Assembly: GCA_030583725.1 (NCBI GenBank)
Contig: CP129472.1
Location: 671,040-735,039, forward strand
Source: a bacterium
GTDB taxonomy: Bacteria > Patescibacteriota > Microgenomatia > UBA8517
Length of the DNA: 64,000 nt
Reading direction: 5' to 3'
Shown here: positions 9,552 through 20,042 of the stretch, in pieces
Layout: the number at the start of each line of letters is the position of its first letter
Position numbering within the stretch: the first letter of the stretch is position 1
The notes under the pieces: generated by a model
What the model was told of the DNA's origin: nothing
Databases searched by the model: none
The model's input: the letters and a program-made list of their open reading frames with translations, nothing else
Made by a program: the position numbers and the translations under genes

Positions 9552-10335
9552 CAGCGATTGGATGTTAACTATTGGTTAATTAGTAATTTTGTTTACTAGT
9601 GATTAACAGTTAACAACTAATTGAACACTTTAGTACTTTGACAACTGAAGGATAAGAAACTTGCCACACGAAAGCGTGTGGTAAAAAAATTGCTACGTAG
9701 CTAATCGCTATGTAGTAATACGCACAACATTAGTAAAATGTTGTGCAAGTAAAGTGTCTACATAACCCTTTGTCCGGTTATGTAGAATGATTAGAAATAA
9801 GGCCGTTAATTAAAACACTACTAGTATGTAGTGTTGTAAGGTTTTTACATTAACGCAGATAGTGGATGCCTTGGTCGTATTTTCCGAAGAAGGACGTACA
9901 TAGCCACGATAGTCGACGGGGAACTGCTACGAAGTTTTGATCCGTCGGTGTCCGAATGGAGCAATCCCACCAATTTTATTGGTGACTTCACAGAAAAATT
10001 ATTAAATTTATTTAATTTATATCTGTGTTTGAGGGAACCAGCTGAACTGAAACATCTAAGTAAGCTGAGGAATAGAAATCAAAGAGATTACGTTAGTAGC
10101 GGCGAGCGAAAGCGTAACAGACTAAACCTAGTCCATACTTGTATGGTACTGGGGGTTGCGGGAGCCCAATGTGGGACTATTTTTAATAGTAGAACAATCT
10201 GGAATGGTTGATCAAAGAGAGTGAAAATCTCGTATACGAAATTAAAAATAGCTCTAGGGATTTCCCAAGTAGCATGAGACAAATATCTTGTGCGAATCCG
10301 GGGGAACCATCCTCCAAGTCTAAATAAAAATACGA

Positions 10336-10374
<39 letters not shown>

Positions 10375-11838
10375 AAGGGTGAGACACCCAATGAAATAGA
10401 AACTGAAACTATCTGCGGACAAACCGAGAGAGCATTGAAGCAATTCTTTGTGATCTCGTGCCTATTGAAGAATGAGCCTGCGAGTTCTCGCTTACTATTT
10501 AGTCTAAGACAGTAATACTGTCGAGGCGAAGCGAAAGCAAGTATGAAAGTGCGAAAAAAATAGTAACCGGGAGACCCGAAACCGAGTGATCTAACCTTGA
10601 GCAGGGTGAGTCCTTGAGAAATCAAGGAGGAGGCCCGAACCCGTTATCGTTGCAATGATATGGGATGACTTGTGGTTAGCGGCAAAATACCAACCGAACT
10701 CGGAGATAGCTGGTTCTCCCCGAAAGGTCTTTAGGGACCGCGCCATGGATGTTATTAAGGGGTAAAGCTACTGGATGAGTCATCGAGGGAAACTGAGTTG
10801 ATCCAACCAAACTAAGAATACTTAATAAATAAAGCATGGTAGACAGTCATATCGGGCTAAGCTGATATGGCAAAAGGGAAACATCCCAGATTTTCAGCTA
10901 AGGCCTCTAAATCCATTTTAAGTTTGTAAGGAAGTTTTCTCTCTTAGACAGCTAGGAGGTTGGCTTAGAAGCAGCCATCCTTTAAAGATAGCGTAACAGC
11001 TCACTAGTCGATTTGGAGAGGGAGCGCCTAAGATTTATCGAGGATTAAAAATGGTGCCGAAGCTAGAGATTTGATTTTAGATTCGTCTAGGATCAAGTGG
11101 TAGGGGAGCGTTCCATATGCAGTGAAGATGAACTGTAAGGTTTGTTGGAGCGTATGGAAGTGAGAATGCAGGCATGAGTAGCGTACAAGACGGGTGAGAA
11201 TCCCGTCCGCCGAATACCCGAGGTTTCCGTCGCTAGGTTCGTCCACGACGGGTTAATCGGTACCTAAGGTGAGGTCAGTTTACTGGCGTAGCCGAAGGAC
11301 AAGTTGTTAAAATTCAACTATTTTTTATGGATCGTTATTAACTAGGGATAACCGAACAGGAATATTGTAGCCCCTTATTGATTGGGGTATAAGTTGTAAA
11401 GCAGTTCTGACTAGAAAATCTACCAGAGCGTTTTAACCTGAGCAACGATGTAAATTCCGCCGCGAGGTGGGAGATTATAAACATTTCAGTTTGCAAGAAA
11501 AAATTCGTAGTGAGAGCCATAATTAGCCGTACCGCAAACCGACACAGGTGGGTTGGTAGAGAATACTAAGGCGATCGAGAGAAGGATCCTTAAGGAACTC
11601 GGCAAAAAAACTACCCGTAACTTCGGGAGATGGGTTTCCTATTCGTAATAGGATGGGAGGCACCTAAAGTTTGCTGACCGACTGTTTATCAAAAACACAG
11701 GTCTGTGCAAAATCGAAAGATTAAGTATACAGGCTGACGCCTGTCCAGTGCCGGTAGGTTAAAGGGAGGGGTGGTGCAAATTTATTTGTACTTGCTCTGA
11801 ACCAAAGCTCCGGTGAAACGACAGCAGTAACTATGAAC

Positions 11839-12607
11839 AACATTGTAGTTACGTAGGTATCGAATCCTACCGTCTATAATGACGCAAAACTTGGCTATAT
11901 GCTGGAATATCCGTGAAACCGTAACTTACGTTGATTTAGAATCAATGAACGGTTGAAGTATCTGACGCTACCGTGTATTATTTATATATGGTGACAATGC
12001 GATCAGTGCGGACAATCAGCAGGAAAGGCCTAAATGAGGACAACATAGGATATTTCATCTCTGGATTTACTGAAGGAGAAGGAAGTTTCAATATATCATT
12101 ACGAAAGAAACCTGATTACAAATTGGGTTGGCAAGTAGTATTGAGTTTTAATATCTCACAAAAAGATGTTTCTCTTTTGAATTTGATTCAAGAAATATTA
12201 AATTGTGGAATTATTAAAACAAGAAAAATTGATAATCTTCATTCTTTTGATGTTACCAACGTAGATGACATAACTGAAAAAGTTATACCATTTTTTCAAA
12301 AATATCCATTACTTTCAGAATCAAAGAAAAGAAATTTTTCTATTTTCTGTGAAGTTTCTAACCTTGTAAAAAGAGGAGAACACAGAAACGAATCAGGACT
12401 TAAAGAGATTTTAAATCTTCGAGAAAAAATAAATGAAGGTAAAGGTAGAACTAGAAAATACAGTATAAATGATGTTTTTCCAATTTAGGAATCCCCAGAG
12501 ACTACACGCCGAGACTCAGTTTTTATCGAATTGAGTATGATATAGTCCGACCTCATTAAGCGATTATGAGAATTTGATCTAACGAATCAAAATTAACATT
12601 AGTGAAC
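11839..12607 (+). mobile_element. group I-like intron in 23S (E. coli ~pos 1917 region, between GTAACTATGAAC and TGTTCTAAGGTAGCG)
   Basis: Interrupts the conserved GTAACTATAACGGTCCTAAGG region. 3' part has GTATGATATAGTCCGACC (S element). Confidence 0.7.
11973..12488 (+). CDS. LAGLIDADG homing endonuclease (single-motif)
   Basis: FISGFTEGEGSF motif. 171 aa. Inside 23S intron 1. Confidence 0.7.
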   Translation: MYYLYMVTMRSVRTISRKGLNEDNIGYFISGFTEGEGSFNISLRKKPDYKLGWQVVLSFNISQKDVSLLNLIQEILNCGIIKTRKIDNLHSFDVTNVDDITEKVIPFFQKYPLLSESKKRNFSIFCEVSNLVKRGEHRNESGLKEILNLREKINEGKGRTRKYSINDVFPI

Positions 12608-12738
12608 TGTTCTAAGGTAGCGAAGTTCCTTGCCAGGTAAGTTCTGGCCCGCACGAAAGGCGTCACGAGTTAGCAACTGTCTTGAGGATTCACTCGGCGA
12701 AATTGCGTTGGCTGTGAAGACGCGGCCTAATCCCACTT

Positions 12739-12770
<32 letters not shown>

Positions 12771-13170
12771 TTTGGCATTGTCTTAATAATTTTTGATCGT
12801 CTAGTATAGGAGGGAGCCGTTAAAAGCATCAGTGTAATACCTCCCGTTAGAAATTATTGGACTTACTCATTTCCCCTGAAGACGGGGAAGGGAAAAGTGC
12901 TAGATGGGCAGTTTTACTGGGGCGGTACCCTGCCAAAGTGTAACGCAGGGGCACAAAGGTTGGCTTGCTACGGATGGAAATCGTAGTGTAACTGCAAAGA
13001 GATAAGCCAGCTTGACTGCAACACCGAAGGGTGAAGCAGGTACGAAAGTAGGTCTTAGTGATCCCCCGATCCTTCATGGGAGGGACGGGGCTTAACTGAT
13101 AAAAGCTACCCCGGGGATAACAGAGTAGTCGCGCCCGAGAGTCCATATCGACGGCGCGGTTCGCTACCTC

Positions 13171-13997
13171 AACATATCGGGGTCTTCTGAAAGTGATTTC
13201 AGAATGCTGTGTTTAAATTCAACCAGTAATTTAAACAAAAATTCAACTCATAACGGTGAAACCTTATTTCATTTCGTATTATTTTCGGATAATATTAATA
13301 TGAAAGGGTAATACCGTGGGAAGTTTATCGAGAGTTCAGAAACAAGTAATTTTAGGTTCAATTTTGGGTGATGGTTACATGAGAAAGAAAACCAACGCTC
13401 ATTTGCAAATAACACATTCTTATAAACAAAAAGAATATGTTGATTGGAAATACGAAATTTTAACAGATTTAGTATTAACAAAACCCTCTAGTTATAGAGG
13501 AAATGCAGATCGGATAGGTTATAGATTTTTCACCAAATCAATACCAGAATTAACTAAATTTTACGATATTTTTTACAAAGGAAAGGAAAAGATAGTTCCG
13601 AAAGGAATTGTTTTAACTCCAATTACTTTAGCTATTTGGTATATGGATGATGGCAACAAAAGTTATAGAAGCTGTTATTTTAATACCCAAAAGTTTAGTA
13701 GCAAAAGCCAAGAAAACTTAATGGATTCATTAAGTTTAATTGGAATCAACTCTAGGCTAAATAGAGATAAAAAGTATTTTAGAATAAGAATTACCACAGA
13801 AAGTACAAAAATACTTTTTGGAATGATAAAGAAATTTATTATTCCTAGTATGTTGTACAAAATCTCGATATAACCCCGTATCGACTTGTTCCGCTTGAAG
13901 GAACAGATGGAAGTATTCCATAACACGTTGACATCCAAGATGTTTTAATTGGATGAAGGTATAGTCAAGCTATTATGTAAATAATATGGTTTTTTGC
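13171..13997 (+). mobile_element. group I-like intron in 23S (between ...GCTACCTC and GATGTCGGCTC; E. coli ~pos 2449 region)
   Basis: Interrupts CACCTCGATGTCGGCTC. 3' part has GGATGAAGGTATAGTC (S element). Confidence 0.7.
13316..13873 (+). CDS. LAGLIDADG homing endonuclease (two-motif)
   Basis: ILGSILGDGYM and LAIWYMDDGN motifs. 185 aa. Confidence 0.75.
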   Translation: MGSLSRVQKQVILGSILGDGYMRKKTNAHLQITHSYKQKEYVDWKYEILTDLVLTKPSSYRGNADRIGYRFFTKSIPELTKFYDIFYKGKEKIVPKGIVLTPITLAIWYMDDGNKSYRSCYFNTQKFSSKSQENLMDSLSLIGINSRLNRDKKYFRIRITTESTKILFGMIKKFIIPSMLYKISI

Positions 13998-14089
13998 GAT
14001 GTCGGCTCATCACATCCTAGGGCTGGAGAAGGTCCTAAGGGTTGGTCTGTTCGCCCATTAAAGTGATACGCGAGCTGGGTTCAGAACGT

Positions 14090-14387
14090 AAATAACATTG
14101 CGTTACACATTAGTAATAATGTGAGTAAATATCGACTAAAATCGGTGAAACCCTAGATTAGATTCGTCCGAGTCTAATTGGGTAATACCGAGGGTAAGAC
14201 AAAATCTTTTTAGATTTTGTATCCCGTAGAGACTGATTCGAAAGAAGAGGCATCAAATTAATTGGTGCAATACGTCGACGCCTATTAGAAAGACCTAGGA
14301 ATATGGTTAAAGTAACCTAAATTTCAGGAATAGGATGAAGATATAGTCCATGCAACTAGTAATAGTTGAATAACATGCGTGAGACAG
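14090..14387 (+). mobile_element. ORF-less group I-like intron in 23S at the E. coli ~2593 site (between GGGTTCAGAACGT and CGTGAGACAGTTCGG)
   Basis: 298-nt insertion exactly between the conserved AGAACGT and CGTGAGACAG. Contains GGATGAAGATATAGTCC (S element). Ends in G. No ORF of 60 aa or longer. Confidence 0.65.
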
Positions 14388-14516
14388 TTCGGACTCTATC
14401 CAGTGGGATCGTTCGAGTTTTGATGGGAGTTGTCCACAGTACGAGAGGACCTGGATGAAGGAATCCCTAGTGTGCCGGTTGTGTCATCAGATGCAGCGCC
14501 GGGTAGCTACATTCCT

Positions 14517-14555
<39 letters not shown>

Positions 14556-14810
14556 CCAAAGATTAGAACTCGTAGTCCGAAAGGACGAGAGACCCCCGAA
14601 AGAATATCGGGTATAACCGGAAGTAGGTGGAAGCGCCGTAAGGCGTTAAGCTTAACTTTACGGATTGGTCGAAGAAAACCTTACAACATTGTATACAAGG
14701 TATATGGTGTTAACGATTAACAAATGTTTATTCAAACTTTGCGTAGCAAAGTAGTGGATAAACCTATTATTTCTAGTATAAAATTATCCTTCAGTTGTCA
14801 GGGTATTTAA

Positions 14811-14930
14811 GTCTTGGTGATTTGAGCGTGGTGGAACTACCTGAATCCATTCCGAACTCAGAAGTAAAACGCCATAGCGCGGACGATAGTTGTGGGGCAA
14901 CCTACCGCGAAAATACGTCATCGCCAAGAC
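14811..14930 (+). rRNA. rrf: 5S rRNA
   Basis: GTCTTGGTGA...CCGAACTCAGAAGTAAAACGCCATAGCGC...GCCAAGAC. Terminal helix complementary (GTCTTGGTG/CGCCAAGAC). 120 nt. Confidence 0.8.
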
Positions 14931-14976
14931 TTAGGTACTCTGATAGAATACAAAAAAGAAAGGTAGGACATGAATT

Positions 14977-16098
14977 TTGGCAACAAAAACAAAAAATAAG
15001 CAAAGCTTGGCCAGCAAGACTGGCAATTCGACATCTAAATCAGTCACAATGGCTGATTTGTTGGTTAAACATAACTCTTCTATTAAAAATCTTTCACTTG
15101 GACAAAGGGTAAAAGGTATTGTTATTCAGAAACTTTCAAAATCGCTAATTCTAGATATTAAAGGAAAGGCAGAAGGTGTGGTTGCTGAAAAGGCATTTGT
15201 TGAAGCTCGCGAGTATATTTCAAAGTTAAAGGTGGGGGATGAAGTAACAGCAGTAGTTTTGGTTCCAGAAATGAGAGATGGTTCAACCTTACTATCTTTA
15301 CGTGACGCTGTTTCCCAAGCCTCATGGAAAGGTGTTGAAGAAGCCTTTAAAAATGGTACGGAAGTTGCAGTATTGGCAAAATCCTCAACCTCTTCAGGTG
15401 TTTCAGTTGATGTCAATGGAATTAGTGGTTTTGTTCCAACCTCACAACTTTCAAAAGAATTAACCGCTGATATTGATAAACTAGTTGGTAAATATTTTAA
15501 GGCTAAAGTTATCGAAGTAGATAGACAAAAAAATAAGTTAGTTCTTTCTGAAAGAGAAGTAACGAATGCAAAAGATATTGCAGAAGCCAAGAAAATATTA
15601 TCTTCCATCAAAGACGGAGATTTGTTCGATGCAGTGGTTACCACGGTTGCAAATTTTGGAGTGTTTGCAAAAATCAATTTTAGTAAATCAGAGATAGAGG
15701 GTTTGGTTCACGTTTCAGAAATATCTTGGGGCAAAGTAGCCCATCCTTCAGATGTGTTAAAAATTGGAGACAAAATAAAAGTAAAGGTAATTGGTACCAA
15801 AGATGGAAAACTTGCACTTTCTATTAAAAATGCAACCAAAGATCCATGGATGGAAGCTGATAAAAAGTTTAAAACAGAAGATAGACTTTCTGGAAAAGTA
15901 ACAAAAGTTACAGACTTTGGTATTTTTGTTGAGTTAGAGCCTGGCATTGAAGGCCTTGTTCATATGACAAAAATTGCCCCAGGAAGAAAGTTTTCAGTGG
16001 GTGATGAAGTAAAAGTTTATATAGAAGAAATTGATACAAAGTCAAGAAAAATTGCGCTAGGTTTGGTCTTAACTTCAATTCCTGTAGGCTACAAGTAA
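14977..16098 (+). CDS. rpsA: 30S ribosomal protein S1 (four S1 domains); start may be the ATG at ~15049
   Basis: Repeated S1-domain signatures: GQRVKGIVI, GDEVTAVVL, GISGFVPTSQLS, GKYFKAKVIEVD, GDLFDAVVTTVANFGVFAKI, GLVHVSEISWGKV, GKVTKVTDFGIFVEL...GLVHMTKI. Confidence 0.8.
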   Translation: MATKTKNKQSLASKTGNSTSKSVTMADLLVKHNSSIKNLSLGQRVKGIVIQKLSKSLILDIKGKAEGVVAEKAFVEAREYISKLKVGDEVTAVVLVPEMRDGSTLLSLRDAVSQASWKGVEEAFKNGTEVAVLAKSSTSSGVSVDVNGISGFVPTSQLSKELTADIDKLVGKYFKAKVIEVDRQKNKLVLSEREVTNAKDIAEAKKILSSIKDGDLFDAVVTTVANFGVFAKINFSKSEIEGLVHVSEISWGKVAHPSDVLKIGDKIKVKVIGTKDGKLALSIKNATKDPWMEADKKFKTEDRLSGKVTKVTDFGIFVELEPGIEGLVHMTKIAPGRKFSVGDEVKVYIEEIDTKSRKIALGLVLTSIPVGYK

Positions 16099-16103
16099 AA
16101 TAT

Positions 16104-16132
16104 TGTAAATAAAATTTTGCGTGATATAATCG
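16104..16132 (+). promoter_or_regulatory. sigma70-like promoter; -10 box ends 7 nt before the ATG at 16137 (leaderless-type)
   Basis: TTGTAA, 16-nt spacer, TATAAT, then CGCTGT, then ATG. Confidence 0.35.
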
Positions 16133-16136
16133 CTGT

Positions 16137-16400
16137 ATGGCAAAAAGAAAAGAAGTTCCTTGTTTAGTATTAGATCCAGATGGTAAGATATCGATAAATT
16201 TAAAAAAAGGAAAAGAATCTTTTTATGGTCATCCAAAATGGAAATGTACAAAAATAGAGTGTAATATTAGAACTCAAAATATTTTTGGCGAAATAGGTGC
16301 TGCCTATAGACCCTTGAATGTAGGTCTTGGGACAAGAAATGGTACACATGGTGTTATTTATTGTGAAGGTGCTGGAAAAGGTGAAAGAAGGTCTTCGTAA
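16137..16400 (+). CDS. hypothetical small protein (87 aa), Cys/Gly-containing
   Basis: ORF with its own promoter-like element. No recognisable family. Confidence 0.3.
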   Translation: MAKRKEVPCLVLDPDGKISINLKKGKESFYGHPKWKCTKIECNIRTQNIFGEIGAAYRPLNVGLGTRNGTHGVIYCEGAGKGERRSS

Positions 16401-16418
16401 TAGTATATAATCTTCATT

Positions 16419-17732
16419 ATGTCTAATACTTCTATTTTTGTTTGCCAACAATGTGGTAATGAGTTTTCAAAGTGGTTGGGAAAATGTACTGTTTGTAATT
16501 CATGGAATAGTTTGGTTGAATCTGCAAGAATTACAGGAAAATCAAAGTCAAAGAAGGCTTCCTCAAAGCTTAGTGAGCCACAAGTTATGAAACTGACTGA
16601 TATAAAAACCAGTCAGATGCAAAGAATTTCAACAAATATACCTGAACTTGATAGGGTCTTGGGTGGTGGTCTGGTTGCGGGCCAGATGGTATTGGTTGCT
16701 GGAACCCCAGGTATTGGAAAATCAACAATTTTACTTCAACTTGCAAATAATTTAAAAAAAACAATTTATGTTTCAGGAGAAGAATCTGCAACTCAGGTTG
16801 CAATTAGGGCAGAGAGATTGGGGATAAAAAACAAAAACATAGACTTTTTGGAAAACACTGATGTTGATAGTGTTATTGATCAACTTTCAAAATCAAAGGA
16901 TGGTTTGTCTGCTGTTATAATCGACTCTATTCAAACGATGTCCACGTCTGACCTTTCTGGTATGGCTGGTTCTGTGGGTCAGGTTAGGGAAAGTGCAGCA
17001 AGACTATTAAGGTTTGCCAAAGAAAACAACATTCCCATGATCATAGTTGGTCATGTAACCAAAGAGGGGACTGTTGCAGGGCCATCAACACTTGCACACA
17101 TTGTGGACACAGTATTATGGTTTGAGGGCGAAAAGACGTCAAGCTTGAGGTTACTAAGGTCTGTAAAAAATAGGTTTGGGGCCACAGACGAGGTTGGAAT
17201 ATTTCAAATGGAAGACAAGGGGCTTAAGTCTTTAAACGACCCAGAGAAATTATTCTTAGAAAGAAGTAAAACTGCTGTGGCTGGTTCAGTAGTCTCGATC
17301 CTGGCTGAGGGTTCAAGGTCTATCCTAGTAGAAATACAATCATTAGTTGTTCCCACAAAAATGGCCTTTCCAAGAAGAGTTGCACAAGGTATTGACTCAA
17401 AGCGACTTGAGATGTTGTTGGCAGTTCTTTTTAGACGTGCAAACGTTCCAACATATGATATGGATGTTTTTGTAAACATTGCAGGTGGCATAAAAGCCAA
17501 TGATACATCTATGGATCTTGCTATTTGTCTGTCAATTGCTAGTGCATTTTTTGATAAAGCACTTCCTATCAATTTTCTTGCAGTTGGTGAAGTTGGTCTC
17601 TTGGGAGAAATTAGGCCAGTACAATCACAGGATAAAAGAATAAAGGATGCAAAAAGATTAGGATTCAAAAATACAGTAACCTCAACAGACTTCAAATACC
17701 TCTTCCAAGTTATAAAATCATACTTAAAATAA
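16419..17732 (+). CDS. radA: DNA repair protein RadA/Sms
   Basis: N-terminal C4 zinc finger CQQCGNEF...CTVCNSWNS. RecA-like Walker A GTPGIGKSTILLQ. KNRFGATDEVGIF motif. Lon-like C-terminal domain. Confidence 0.9.
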   Translation: MSNTSIFVCQQCGNEFSKWLGKCTVCNSWNSLVESARITGKSKSKKASSKLSEPQVMKLTDIKTSQMQRISTNIPELDRVLGGGLVAGQMVLVAGTPGIGKSTILLQLANNLKKTIYVSGEESATQVAIRAERLGIKNKNIDFLENTDVDSVIDQLSKSKDGLSAVIIDSIQTMSTSDLSGMAGSVGQVRESAARLLRFAKENNIPMIIVGHVTKEGTVAGPSTLAHIVDTVLWFEGEKTSSLRLLRSVKNRFGATDEVGIFQMEDKGLKSLNDPEKLFLERSKTAVAGSVVSILAEGSRSILVEIQSLVVPTKMAFPRRVAQGIDSKRLEMLLAVLFRRANVPTYDMDVFVNIAGGIKANDTSMDLAICLSIASAFFDKALPINFLAVGEVGLLGEIRPVQSQDKRIKDAKRLGFKNTVTSTDFKYLFQVIKSYLK

Positions 17733-17735
17733 AAA

Positions 17736-18392
17736 CTAATGTAGGATCGGTTCGGTATATATTTTATCTAGGTTATCCAAAAATATTTGGCAATTAACAT
17801 CTGGGCTTTTTGCGATTCTTATCGCTGCATCGATATCTACAAGGTTTGCGCCTGTTGCTATTGACAATGATGCCGCAGTGTCGAGTTTTGCATTTTTAAA
17901 TGCGGATACGCTTATTATCCAATCACCAAATAGTAGTGCACCGTCTGGAATATCAATTCCAGTATCAGACAGTAAGCGTTCCCCAGGTGTTTTGTTTAAA
18001 TTTTGCCCTGAAGATATAAATCCAGGATTTAGTCTGATTACCCTTGCTTTTTTTTGAGCAAACTCAACATACTTGGCCCTTTTGCCGTCTGTTCCAAAAT
18101 TAAAATCCTTAGCCCAAACATGTCCAACTTCAATAAAAACCATTGGAAAAGAGACTATATTTTTGGTTATACCAAGCATAAAACCTCTTTTTTCGGGTGA
18201 TTTATCCAGCTGACAGACAGCCGGGGCAATCTTTTTAGCAGCAGTAACTATTGGAGCCACAACATCTCTCATTTCTTCTTCGGTGATAACCGAGTAAAAA
18301 CGTAATCCTTCTTTAAAAGTTTCGTTTCCACGAAATTTATCAACTAGTAATTGTTCAGTTCTTTTCACTGCAAAATCTTTCATAATTTGCAT
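17736..18392 (-). CDS. hypothetical protein (218 aa)
   Basis: Protein-like ORF convergent with radA. Family not recognised. Confidence 0.45.
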   Translation of the reverse strand: MQIMKDFAVKRTEQLLVDKFRGNETFKEGLRFYSVITEEEMRDVVAPIVTAAKKIAPAVCQLDKSPEKRGFMLGITKNIVSFPMVFIEVGHVWAKDFNFGTDGKRAKYVEFAQKKARVIRLNPGFISSGQNLNKTPGERLLSDTGIDIPDGALLFGDWIISVSAFKNAKLDTAASLSIATGANLVDIDAAIRIAKSPDVNCQIFLDNLDKIYTEPILH

Positions 18393-18537
18393 ATGTTACA
18401 CCATTTGTAATTAATACACAACTTATCCACAATTTATTTCCCCAAATATATAATTATATAAAGTCCCGAAAATGCGGGACATTATATATCAAAGATACTA
18501 TAAGCTTACATAAACTCAGCACACATCTTTATTATGG

Positions 18538-18566
18538 GGTTTGACAAATGAAATAAATAAGTATTA
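18538..18566 (+). promoter_or_regulatory. sigma70-like promoter
   Basis: TTGACA, 15-17 nt spacer, TATTAT/TTATAC. Confidence 0.4.
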
Positions 18567-18808
18567 TACTGTCACTAGTTTAGTTTTAATCGCACGATAA
18601 AAGCAAAAAGAGCATCGTTACCGCTGGGTTTTGTCCCTGCTAAGCAGGGGGACTCGCCACGAGTAGAGATGCTCTTTAAGTTAATAATTTATCTTAAGGA
18701 CAGGATAAAACCTAATAATGTAAGACAAATCATAATTAGACTAGTGTCTAATTAAAATCTTGTCAATAGTCTTTTGGTCCCAATAGGCTCGGGACAGACT
18801 TTGTTGGT

Positions 18809-18855
18809 CTTAGGGAAGGGTGGTGTGCAGGGCAGGTATACTACCCTTTCCTAAG
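18809..18855 (+). promoter_or_regulatory. perfect 13-bp stem-loop in the 5' leader of the LPXTG-protein gene
   Basis: CTTAGGGAAGGGT, 21-nt loop, ACCCTTTCCTAAG. No U-run follows. Lies ~55 nt upstream of the ATG at 18909. Confidence 0.35.
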
Positions 18856-18908
18856 GTTAATAAAATCTTCTGCCCACATTATTTTACGTGTCATCAATTA
18901 TACATTAA

Positions 18909-20042
18909 ATGGATAAGGCAGATAGAGCATTTATAACAGCATTCAAGAAAACCGCGGTCTACAGACCTATGGATGAATTGAACGCTGATATGCCATGCTC
19001 ATTTAAACAGATGTTCCGTCAGTATGGCGAGAAGGGTGTCATAGGATTAAACATAGCTATCATTTTAGCCTCACTTCTTCTTGGAACAGGGCTAGCAATA
19101 AAATACAAATCATTAAACATCACCGCATCAACTGGAAATGCCTGTTATGATGACTGCCGAGGTGAAATGGGTAAGGGTAGAGTTTATTGCAACAACCTCT
19201 GTGGTACAAATTATAATTATTTAGGTGGGAACAATAATAATCCAGGACAGGCTGGATGTGCTTTGAATGAAGTAAGATGTAGTGTAACTAATCAACAAGG
19301 TCAATCAGTTTCAATTTGTGCTCCAAACACTGCAGCGAGTTGTATAGAGGCAGCAATTGAACAGGGAATATCTGTTAAAGTTGGTGGTGGTGGAAGTGGA
19401 AGCGGTGGTTATAGATGTGTTGTGGGCCAAAATGGATATAGTACTGGCCAGTCTTGTGTGGGATATAACTCTGTTCAGGATCTTGGTCAAGGTAGACCAC
19501 CTGCTTGTTTCTGCGGAACAATCCAAATTGATGGGGGAGATTATGCTGGGACATATATGAGTACTTGTGGTTGCAATAATGAAACAGACACTCCTGCTCC
19601 AGTGTCTACACCAACGATAACACCTACACCTAGCCCAACACCTAGCCCTACGCCCTCTCCAACACCAACTACGACCCCTACAATCACACCAACCGTTACA
19701 CCTACTCCAACACCAACTACGACCCCTACAATCACACCAACAAGTACTCCAACTGTTACGCCAACTGGAGTGCCAAATTCTTGTAATGGAACATGTGGCA
19801 GTAACTTAAATTGTCAAGGAAATCTATTTTGCTATATTGATAACGGTCAATCCTCAGGTTTTTGTAGAAACCCATCGTGCCCTAGTGCAGCTAGTTGTGA
19901 ATGTGATAGCCCAACTTCACCACCAGTGCTTGGAGTGACTGCACCTCCAGTTTTACCAAAAACAGGCTTTAATCATCTCTTTGCTCTGTTAGGCCTTGGT
20001 GGACTTGGATATTATTTGATAAAGTTAAGGCGTTTTAAATGA
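18909..20042 (+). CDS. LPXTG-motif cell-wall-anchored surface protein with N-terminal TM/signal anchor, Cys-rich domains and a Pro/Thr-rich linker
   Basis: C-terminus LPKTG + hydrophobic LFALLGLGGLGYYLI + KLRRFK, a classic sortase sorting signal. (PTxTPT)n linker at ~19600-19790. N-terminal CYDDCRGEMGKGRVYCNNLCG module. Confidence 0.7.
   Translation: MDKADRAFITAFKKTAVYRPMDELNADMPCSFKQMFRQYGEKGVIGLNIAIILASLLLGTGLAIKYKSLNITASTGNACYDDCRGEMGKGRVYCNNLCGTNYNYLGGNNNNPGQAGCALNEVRCSVTNQQGQSVSICAPNTAASCIEAAIEQGISVKVGGGGSGSGGYRCVVGQNGYSTGQSCVGYNSVQDLGQGRPPACFCGTIQIDGGDYAGTYMSTCGCNNETDTPAPVSTPTITPTPSPTPSPTPSPTPTTTPTITPTVTPTPTPTTTPTITPTSTPTVTPTGVPNSCNGTCGSNLNCQGNLFCYIDNGQSSGFCRNPSCPSAASCECDSPTSPPVLGVTAPPVLPKTGFNHLFALLGLGGLGYYLIKLRRFK

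Noticed and set aside
14795-15112. ORF 14795..15112 (+)
   Set aside because: Overlaps the 5S rRNA (14811-14930). The downstream portion is the untranslated leader or N-terminus of rpsA in another frame.
16200-16451. ORF 16200..16451 (-)
   Set aside because: Antisense to the small + strand ORF/radA start region. Ile/Phe-rich and typical of an AT-rich antisense frame.
19311-19735. ORFs 19311..19526, 19357..19560, 19541..19735 (including a (GVGV)n product)
   Set aside because: These are antisense or off-frame shadows of the LPXTG-protein gene. The GVGVGV product is the reverse complement of the Pro/Thr-rich linker codons.
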